A stretch of DNA of 64,000 nt from the NCBI GenBank assembly GCA_964640665.1, contig CAZXHT010000021.1, positions 5,821 to 69,820 on the forward strand, written 5' to 3'. Source of the stretch: an uncultured Myxococcales bacterium (GTDB lineage Bacteria; Myxococcota; B64-G9). A program made the translations under genes and the position numbers. Of the stretch, positions 27,461 to 34,318 are shown in pieces (within the stretch, counting starts at the first letter, position 1; every line of letters begins with the position of its first letter). The notes beneath the pieces are model-generated. The model saw nothing but the letters and a program-made list of their open reading frames with translations, was not told the origin of the DNA and did not search any database.

Positions 27461-27786
27461 ACGACTTGCCTCCCGGACAAGCTGAAAGGCCCGAGCGGAT
27501 GTCCCGGGCCGCCTATCTCGGGGCCGCGGCCGGACTGGTGGTGGGGGTGATCGTGATCGAGTCGCTTGCCGCCTTGATGGTTGGTTTGGCAGGGGTATAT
27601 ACCGCCCAAGTCATATGGGAGGTAGGCTCGCCCCTGGCCGGCCTGCTGGGAGCGATTGCTGGCGCCTTCGGATTTCATCGTGTCTTTCGCGGGCAGTTCC
27701 TGGCGCCGCTCGCGATTCTGCTGATGATTCTCTTGCTGGCAGCCATGACGGCTTTCTACTGGATTGGTTTTCCCTGGGCTGTTTGA
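27457..27786 (+). CDS. Small hypothetical membrane protein (about 3 TM)
   Basis: ATGA overlap with the GT-C gene; hydrophobic segments. Confidence 0.6.
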   Translation: MNDLPPGQAERPERMSRAAYLGAAAGLVVGVIVIESLAALMVGLAGVYTAQVIWEVGSPLAGLLGAIAGAFGFHRVFRGQFLAPLAILLMILLLAAMTAFYWIGFPWAV

Positions 27787-27859
27787 CAGTTGCGAGCCTG
27801 GGTGCTAGCTTCCCCGGAGTTCGAGTCCGCTTGCTGAACCGCAAAGATGGAGTACATAG

Positions 27860-28093
27860 ATGGAAGACAAAGAGAAAATCGAGAAAGTGATCGAGGAGAA
27901 GATCCGCCCTTACCTGGAAGCTGACGGGGGAGGACTCGAATTGGTCGGGTTCGACGCCGAGAGCGGAGAAGTCCAGGTGCGCCTGGTTGGAGCCTGCGCC
28001 GGTTGTCCCGGGGCGCAGATGACTGTTTCCATGGGTATCGAGGCTGTTTTGAAAGAGGAGTTCCCCGAAGTAAAGCGCGTCGTGGCCGTCTGA
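27860..28093 (+). CDS. NifU/NfuA C-terminal domain protein
   Basis: IRPYLEADGGGLELV, GACAGCP (CxxC). Confidence 0.9.
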   Translation: MEDKEKIEKVIEEKIRPYLEADGGGLELVGFDAESGEVQVRLVGACAGCPGAQMTVSMGIEAVLKEEFPEVKRVVAV

Positions 28094-28121
28094 ATTTTCT
28101 GTGGCGGGTGTTTCCTGAATA

Positions 28122-28787
28122 TTATTTCAGGCCCTCGTTGTTTCTCAGCGCCTGATCCTTGATCGAATCGAGGCTGCGTAAGTTCAGGCGCTTATGTTCT
28201 GCTTGGCGCTGGGCCTCCGAGCTGGCGCGCCATTTAGCAATACCAAAAGCGGCGCCGCCCAATAACGCGACGATCGTAAGAACGATGGCCGCAATCTTGA
28301 TCTGGCGTTTGTAAGAGCGTCTGGGACGTGAGACCGTGACCGGCTTGTAGCGCGACTTTTCACGTCGCACGGGTTTGTGATCGGAGTCTTTGAGGTGAGC
28401 GGAAGGACCGGCCGAGCCCGGCAGGCCTGGAGCCTGTGGTGGTTGATCCGTCGCATCGGGAGCCGCTGGAGGTTGTGTGACTTCCTGGATTTTTTCTGCG
28501 GGTTTTTGAGTTTCACTCACAACCGGAGTTTCGGAATCGCCCACGCCACCCAGATCGACCATGCCGAAATCCACGGAGGCCGGTGCATTCGTTGTCACCG
28601 GGATCTCCCGGGTTTGTGATTCCGGCGCCGGTTGGTTAGCGTTGAGCGGTAAGATTTTTATACCCGAGCCCTTGTTTTGCTGGGCAGCCCCGGCATGCTG
28701 CAGCACGGCCTGCTCCGCGCGCCTTGCTGCCGCGGAAAGTTCATCGCTCCTGCCCTTTTTGGCATCGTCGCCATCGTTCGATCTCAT
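28122..28787 (-). CDS. Hypothetical protein: disordered N-terminus, C-terminal TM and coiled coil
   Basis: Pro/Ala/Gln-rich 150 aa, TM IAAIVLTIVALLGGAAFGI; RBS GGAG upstream. Confidence 0.65.
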   Translation of the reverse strand: MRSNDGDDAKKGRSDELSAAARRAEQAVLQHAGAAQQNKGSGIKILPLNANQPAPESQTREIPVTTNAPASVDFGMVDLGGVGDSETPVVSETQKPAEKIQEVTQPPAAPDATDQPPQAPGLPGSAGPSAHLKDSDHKPVRREKSRYKPVTVSRPRRSYKRQIKIAAIVLTIVALLGGAAFGIAKWRASSEAQRQAEHKRLNLRSLDSIKDQALRNNEGLK

Positions 28788-28861
28788 GCGTTCTCCTGCC
28801 CTGAATTGCTCTTGTATTACGAACGATTATACAGACGAGTGTCGGGGGTGCAACAATATTC

Positions 28862-28889
28862 TTGACCTTGTAGGGTTATGTAGTATAAA
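28862..28889 (+). promoter_or_regulatory. sigma70-like promoter of the PilZ gene
   Basis: TTGACC-N16-TATAAA in an AT-rich divergent intergenic region. Confidence 0.4.
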
Positions 28890-28918
28890 CTACTACAATA
28901 TCCGACACGGGAGGATTC

Positions 28919-29326
28919 ATGACCAGGATTATGGAAGACAGGCGCGGGGCAGAACGACGTCCATTCAGGGAAGGCCGCAGGCGCTATCCCAGGGTACGCC
29001 TGGCGCTTCAGGGGTTCTACTCGAGCGACGACAGGGCGCTTTTCTTATCGAGCCGCAACGTCAATCTCCGGGGCGTCTTTGTTCCCACGGTCGTTCCCGA
29101 CAGGATCGGCTCGCGCGCGACATTGCGTATCGATACGCCGGGGAATGTGGCCATGCTGAAGATTCCCGCCCGAGTCGTCTGGTCGAACGCGGATCCGCAA
29201 AGAGGGCCTCTGGGCATGGGACTCCGCTTCGAGGGTCTTTCAGGCTGGAGGTTGAAACGGATTGCCTCGTTGCTGGTCAAGCGGGCGGGGCTAAGTGCGT
29301 TGCCGGGCACCAAAATAAGCTTTTGA
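28919..29326 (+). CDS. PilZ domain protein
   Basis: RRRYPR (RxxxR), NVNLRG (degenerate D/NxSxxG), ARVVWS, GMGLRF. Confidence 0.85.
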   Translation: MTRIMEDRRGAERRPFREGRRRYPRVRLALQGFYSSDDRALFLSSRNVNLRGVFVPTVVPDRIGSRATLRIDTPGNVAMLKIPARVVWSNADPQRGPLGMGLRFEGLSGWRLKRIASLLVKRAGLSALPGTKISF

Positions 29327-29394
29327 TTCGATGCAACCCTGTGGTACCTTGTTCGTCCAACTAAGGCAGAAGGTTCCTAAACCCGCAAGGTACT

Positions 29395-30342
29395 ATGGCG
29401 CAACAAGGTTCCAGCGGCAGGCCCGAGGCAAGTAAATTAGAACCACCCGCCGGTGAGTGGCTCTTCAAGCTACATGACGAAGTGCTCGGTCCCGTCCCCG
29501 CGGCCGAGATCATCGAAAAGATGTTGACGGGCGAGGTCGACGAATCAACCGGGATCTCGCTGGCCGAGGGCGAGTGGAAGACCATTCAGGCGGTCAAGGC
29601 TTTCCACCCGTTCCTCTACCAGGCCAAGGCGAAGATCCGCGCGCAAAGGGCCAGGCTGGAAGCCGAGTGCGCCGCGCGCAAGCGAAAGAATCGCAACATG
29701 ATCAACGTGGGCATCGGAGCGGCGATACTGGTCGCGCTGAGCTTTGCGGCTTCCTACCTGATCATCGTCAATCGCCCCTGGAGAGGCGGAGAGGTGTTGA
29801 CGGCCTGGGCATCGAGGCATGTTCCCCTGCTGTCCATCCCGGCGGCGAGAGCCGCTACCAGGAAGAGCGCTGAAGACGACTCGGCCATCAACATCGATCA
29901 GATTCTGATTGACGATGCCCCGACTCTGGTGGCCATCAGGGCGACGAAGAAAAAGAAAAAGCACCCGGGAAAGAAAAAGATCGTCGAGAAGCCTGAGCAC
30001 GACGGCAAGACAGGCAAGCAGCCCAAGGAGGTCAAGATCGCCTCCACCGGCAAGCTGTCCAACGAAGAGATCACCGGCTTGGTCTATTCCAAGAGCAACC
30101 TGCGCAGGTTATATGGGTGCCTGCAAAGGGAGATCAGACGCAACAGCGATCTGGCTTCTCCGGTGGTGATCGATTTTACCATTGCCAACGACGGGCACAT
30201 CAGCCGGGTACGCATGGAAAGCCCGGGGCTCGATGGAGGGTCGTTGCACAGGTGTTTCCGCCAGAAGCTGACCTCATTGAAGTTCCGCGCCTTCAGCGGC
30301 CAGGTGCGCAACGTGACGATGCCCTTCAATTTCAAGCGTTGA
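29395..30342 (+). CDS. GYF_2 + TM + AgmX/PglI (TonB-C-like) domain protein, GltJ/AgmX-like
   Basis: WLFK....LGPV...I......GEV GYF_2 pattern, central TM, Lys-rich linker, C-terminal YGCLQRE..VVIDFTI..DG.I...L..C...FR.F.G....VTMPFNF. Confidence 0.78.
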   Translation: MAQQGSSGRPEASKLEPPAGEWLFKLHDEVLGPVPAAEIIEKMLTGEVDESTGISLAEGEWKTIQAVKAFHPFLYQAKAKIRAQRARLEAECAARKRKNRNMINVGIGAAILVALSFAASYLIIVNRPWRGGEVLTAWASRHVPLLSIPAARAATRKSAEDDSAINIDQILIDDAPTLVAIRATKKKKKHPGKKKIVEKPEHDGKTGKQPKEVKIASTGKLSNEEITGLVYSKSNLRRLYGCLQREIRRNSDLASPVVIDFTIANDGHISRVRMESPGLDGGSLHRCFRQKLTSLKFRAFSGQVRNVTMPFNFKR

Positions 30343-30580
30343 TCCCGTATCGACCGCGCCGCAGCGCACCCAATGCCCAGAGCGCCACCTTCTCCAATCC
30401 CGCTGGTCAAAATAGCACTCACCAATATCGGCGAAACCCTCAGGCGCTTCCTGAACTGACAAGCCGGTCCAGACCCTCTTCCGGTCAAATCTGCTACTGA
30501 TATCGCTCATGAAACAATGCTGGTTCTAACAGGAAAAATGGGGCGTGATTTTTTTGATGTCACCACCGTATTATCCGGAG

Positions 30581-30600
30581 TATAATGATTCTGCAGAATC
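30581..30600 (+). promoter_or_regulatory. TATAAT -10 box abutting a perfect 14-bp palindrome
   Basis: TATAAT (30581-30586) immediately followed by GATTCTGCAGAATC (30587-30600). Confidence 0.45.
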
Positions 30601-30696
30601 CGGGATCGGCACCTTGAAAACATACGCGCACACCCAAAAGGCGGGTGCTGTTTGACTGCGCTGTCACGAATCGGCCCGGAACAGTCGGCCTGGGGA

Positions 30697-30799
30697 GTGG
30701 ACCTGTGATGACAACACGGATTACTTTCAATTCGAAGGAGGCGAATTACAGGCTTGCCAGCACTCGGGAAGCGTTTTTTTGCTTCCCGACGTGGTCCAC
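30697..30799 (+). ncRNA. Candidate structured RNA/leader (alternatively a coding relic)
   Basis: Nested helices: GTGGACC/GGTCCAC, CCTGT/ACAGG, AATTCG-AAGGAGG-CGAATT, TCGGGAAGC-GTTTTTTT-GCTTCCCGA; no known family recognised. Confidence 0.3.
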
Positions 30800-30833
30800 C
30801 AATTAAATCGAAATTTTGGTCAAGGATTGAGCG

Positions 30834-31379
30834 ATGACCACAAGAGATGTCTCTTTAGATAACGAATTAGATCGAAATTGTGATTTTAATCTTGTTGAGC
30901 ATAAATTTATGACGAACCCCTGCACTCCTCCTATCGGCGAAGACGAAATTAATGTCATCCGTATAAATGCACCAGAGATTGTCTGTTTTGATGCTGATCC
31001 GAGTACAATAGAGTATCTTGATGAACGGAATTTAACATTTTATTTATGCGGCAATTGCGCATTTTCGGCTGGAATCAAAACAACCTTAGGAATTGAGGAT
31101 CACTTTACTTATGCGATGATTTATACTGCATCAGACATAAACAGATCTATCAGCTATTCAGGCCAATTTCCGATTCGCGGTTCTCGGATGCAAAAACCAG
31201 CAGAATTAAAATCAAATGTTTCCCTTCCTTCAGATCTAATTATTGGCGAACGATTTAACCCAAACTTAGCAGAAGTCTTTCAGCTGCCTCCGGTAGAGAC
31301 CGAATATTTTATCCATGTTTCATTGGGTCCTTACAAATCAAACATTCTAAAGGTTGCGGTTAAGCAAAAGATAGAGTGA
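30834..31379 (+). CDS. Low-GC orphan hypothetical protein
   Basis: 181-aa open frame at roughly 35-40% GC (32% and 43% in two 60-nt lines counted) against about 62% flanks; C-terminal FNPNLAEVFQLP...SLGPYKSNILKV. Confidence 0.75.
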   Translation: MTTRDVSLDNELDRNCDFNLVEHKFMTNPCTPPIGEDEINVIRINAPEIVCFDADPSTIEYLDERNLTFYLCGNCAFSAGIKTTLGIEDHFTYAMIYTASDINRSISYSGQFPIRGSRMQKPAELKSNVSLPSDLIIGERFNPNLAEVFQLPPVETEYFIHVSLGPYKSNILKVAVKQKIE

Positions 31380-31486
31380 TCTGCGCATAATTTTAGGTAT
31401 ACTGGAATATACATGCCGGCATCAGGAATAACGGTTAGTTGCTATCCATTCGTCTATTTTGCGCGCCTACACGATGCCATTAAATT

Positions 31487-33562
31487 TCAAGCTTTAGTCA
31501 CGACTCGTCCGCGTCGCAGGGCGCCCGCAAGCAGCGCCAAAAATACCAGCAGCAACGGTTCGACAGGCGATGGAGCAGAGCCGCATGAGCAGCCCGTCTG
31601 GTTCTCCTGGCAACGGCTCTCGCCCGAGCAATGCATGCCGGCGGCGCAATCCGTGTCGGCATCACAGATTCCTACGTGCAGCGCCATGGCGACTGCCTCT
31701 AATGCGTCAACCTTACCGTAACCCCAACGGGCGTTCGGCAAGTTGCTGCCTGTGAACTCGTCTTGGCGGGCGGTGGCCGACAGGATCTTGGCTACCCCGT
31801 TCGGGTCGAGGGTCGGATCGGCCTCTAATAGCAAGGCTACTATCCCGGCCACGTGTGGACAGGCCATGCTGGTGCCGCGCATGGCTATGTGCCCGGCGTC
31901 TATAGTGGTGCCCGCCTCGAGCGAGGATGTATGGCAGCAAAGCGCCGCCACGATGTACTCCCCGGGCGCGGCCACCAGCGGCTTTACGCCTGTGGCTTCG
32001 GGATCGGCCGATGGGCCGCGCGAGGAGAAGAAAGAGATCTGGCCCGGGGCGATTTCGGGGTGCATGATCAGGGCGCCGTCTATGTCGGTCCAGTGTGAGC
32101 GGGTGGCGTAGGATGCAACGGCGATTATTTTGCGGGCGACCGCCGGCATGCCTATTGTCTTACTGTTGTCGCCGGGGATCAGGCCGTCGGCGTCGCTGTC
32201 CGAGAAGCGGGCCGGCGGGGTGAGAAAGCCCGAGGCCGCGCTCCAGGCGTCGAAGGCGCCTGTGCCCGAGGCCTTTATAAACCAGACGTAGTCTCCGGGG
32301 TTGCCGGCGTAGGTTTGCGCGTCGGGCTCGACCACGATGTCGAGCTGCAGCTTGCCGTTGCCGGGGTCGGGCGCTCCGGCCGGTTCGAAGTAGACCGTGC
32401 CGAGCTCCACGCTGCCGTCGGTGAACACAAACGATCTGCCGGCATCGAGCGCGCCGATAGCATCGCTATGGGCGACCTCGGTTCCGTTTTTCTGCACTCC
32501 GATCGAAAAGCGTAAATCTGAATTGGCAGCTTGCCAGATGGTGAACAGCGCCGAGCCGACATCGAAGCCGTTGAAGACTTCGAAAAGCGTTTTGCCCACC
32601 GAGCCCGCCGGATCGTATCCCAGGTGAATCAGATCGGATCCCTCGTTGCCGGCCGCGGCCACGATGATCTTGCCGGGACCGGTCAGATCCGAAAGCGCCC
32701 GGGATTCGAGCGAGGATCCGTCGTGCGGCCCGTAGTGTCCGCCCAGGCTCAAGTTGATCACCATCGGCCGGTTGAGTTTTTCACTCTCGGCAAACAGCCA
32801 GGCGACCGATTCGATCAGCAGGCCGAAGTCTAACGAGGCCACGGCCATGATGTTGGCCTCGGGAGCCATGCCGCGGTAGGTGTCCGACGAACTGGCCATG
32901 GTGGCGCTGACGTGGGTGCCGTGGCCGATGGCGTCGATGCTGTCGCAGGTGCCCTTGATGATGCGGCTGCGGTCGCACAGGGCGCCTGTGTCCTGGCCCT
33001 CGGGCGGATCGCCGCTGGCCGCGAACTGGTCCCAGATCTGCAGCACCCGCCCGCGCCGGCCGCCGAAATCCTCGTGCTCGTAGTCGACCCCGGTGTCCAC
33101 CAGGGCGGCGATTACGCCCTTGCCGGTAATCGGTAACGGCAGTCCTACGCCTGGGCCTCTCTCGACCTGGTCTGCCCGCACGTCCGGGCGGCTGAGATCG
33201 AGAAGCAGCCGCCGGGGCGGCATGGCCTCAATGCGCTCGACCTCGGATCTTCCGGCGATGCGCGAAAGCAGCGCAACTGGAGCCCGGACAGGAAGTATGT
33301 TGCCGACCGGTCGCCCGGTGTGGGCGCCTACGCCCGCCCTTCTTACGGCCGCGGCCGTGGCGCCGGGATCGCGCGTCAGTACCAGCGCCGGGACGAGCGC
33401 CGGCGAGATCTCTCGATCTGAGATCTTGCCGGCAGCAGGCAGGAAGGCACCGACAAGGCGGCCGTCACGCCCGAGAAGTCTAAGGTAGGGGTTGAGTTTT
33501 TCGCCCGCCCGCGAGGCCGGTCCCGCGAGCATGAAGCACAACCCGACAAGCAGCATGCGCAT
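31487..33562 (-). CDS. S8 subtilisin-like serine protease with MYXO-CTERM-like tail
   Basis: VDTG, HGTHV, AAGNEG, GTSMACPHVAG; tail Cys module + GCSCG + TM + RRGR; ATG 33562 with GGAGG RBS. Confidence 0.93.
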   Translation of the reverse strand: MRMLLVGLCFMLAGPASRAGEKLNPYLRLLGRDGRLVGAFLPAAGKISDREISPALVPALVLTRDPGATAAAVRRAGVGAHTGRPVGNILPVRAPVALLSRIAGRSEVERIEAMPPRRLLLDLSRPDVRADQVERGPGVGLPLPITGKGVIAALVDTGVDYEHEDFGGRRGRVLQIWDQFAASGDPPEGQDTGALCDRSRIIKGTCDSIDAIGHGTHVSATMASSSDTYRGMAPEANIMAVASLDFGLLIESVAWLFAESEKLNRPMVINLSLGGHYGPHDGSSLESRALSDLTGPGKIIVAAAGNEGSDLIHLGYDPAGSVGKTLFEVFNGFDVGSALFTIWQAANSDLRFSIGVQKNGTEVAHSDAIGALDAGRSFVFTDGSVELGTVYFEPAGAPDPGNGKLQLDIVVEPDAQTYAGNPGDYVWFIKASGTGAFDAWSAASGFLTPPARFSDSDADGLIPGDNSKTIGMPAVARKIIAVASYATRSHWTDIDGALIMHPEIAPGQISFFSSRGPSADPEATGVKPLVAAPGEYIVAALCCHTSSLEAGTTIDAGHIAMRGTSMACPHVAGIVALLLEADPTLDPNGVAKILSATARQDEFTGSNLPNARWGYGKVDALEAVAMALHVGICDADTDCAAGMHCSGESRCQENQTGCSCGSAPSPVEPLLLVFLALLAGALRRGRVVTKA

Positions 33563-33634
33563 CAACGCCTCCTGGTGTGAAGTGTTCGTATTGATTTAAT
33601 GATGTATATTATCGGCGGGCAAAAAGAAAGGGAG

Positions 33635-33669
33635 TTGAAAAGTATGAATACATGTATTATAATTCATAC
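33635..33669 (+). promoter_or_regulatory. sigma70 promoter of the TA locus with overlapping operator
   Basis: TTGAAA-N17-TATAAT overlapped by the inverted repeat GTATGAAT-N12-ATTCATAC. Confidence 0.75.
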
Positions 33670-33684
33670 CTGAAGGAGAATACG

Positions 33685-33906
33685 ATGAAAGCCAAGGTAG
33701 CGGAGCGCGGCCAGGTTACCATTCCCAAGGCATTGAGAAAGAAGCTGGGAATCAGGCCTGGCACGGTACTGGAATTCAGCGATGAAGGCGGGCGGTTGGT
33801 CGCCACGAAGGAAGAAGCGGCAGACGCGTTGGACGCCGTGTACGGTGTTCTGGGCAGCGGCCGCAAAACGGACGACATCGTGGCCGGGCTGCGGGGCGAG
33901 GCATGA
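33685..33906 (+). CDS. AbrB/MazE/SpoVT family antitoxin
   Basis: MKAKVAERGQVTIPKALRKKLGIRPG; ATG 33685 with AAGGAG RBS; ATGA overlap with the toxin relic. Confidence 0.92.
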   Translation: MKAKVAERGQVTIPKALRKKLGIRPGTVLEFSDEGGRLVATKEEAADALDAVYGVLGSGRKTDDIVAGLRGEA

Positions 33907-34138
33907 TAACGGCCGTCGACACCTGTATTCTCATAGATGTTCTTGAACCTGATCCACGCCATGGACCGGCATCGCGCGATGCATTGCGCTCCTGCATGCG
34001 GCAGGGGGCGCTCGTATCGTGGCCGATTTCCTGATCGGCGGCCATGCGCTCGAGCAATGCGATCGCCTGCTGACCCGGGACCGTGGCTTCTATCGACGGT
34101 TCTTCAAAACGCTGAAACTTGTCATACCCGCTTCTTGA
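33903..34138 (+). pseudogene. vapC: PIN-domain (VapC) toxin with internal deletion and frameshift
   Basis: MITAVDTCILIDVL...GALV in one frame (stop at 34034), then RIVADFLIGGHALEQCDRLLTRDRGFYRRFF in another; the middle of the PIN fold is missing. Confidence 0.85.
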
Positions 34139-34162
34139 AGCCTTGCCACTCATGTTCGATTG

Positions 34163-34194
34163 CGAACAGACGTGCGCTTTCGCACGGATGTTCG
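34163..34194. other. Hairpin/inverted repeat (terminator or activator-binding site)
   Basis: CGAACA-GA-CGTGCG-CTTT-CGCACG-GA-TGTTCG. Confidence 0.45.
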
Positions 34195-34261
34195 TCTTGG
34201 GTCAATCGCCGGTTCACCTGAATAGGCGCAGTTTTCAAGCAGATCCGTAGCCGGGCGCCAG

Positions 34262-34277
34262 CGGCAGGAATCTTGCT
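34262..34277 (+). promoter_or_regulatory. Probable sigma54 promoter of the EGF-repeat gene
   Basis: CGGCAGG-AATC-TTGCT (GG-N10-GC; two mismatches to consensus), about 42 nt before ATG 34319. Confidence 0.5.
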
Positions 34278-34286
34278 TGCGAAACA

Positions 34287-34296
34287 GGGGGGGGGG
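34287..34296 (+). repeat. G10 homopolymer at the predicted transcription start
   Basis: Ten consecutive G between the promoter motif and the GGAGG RBS. Confidence 0.9.
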
Positions 34297-34318
34297 AATT
34301 GAAATCCGGAGGCTTCCG

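Noticed and set aside
30274-30510. 78-aa minus-strand ORF with a TPR-like snippet (ADIGECYFDQRDW)
   Set aside because: Overlaps the AgmX-like gene end, has no clear RBS, and the similarity is too short to support; at most a decayed fragment.
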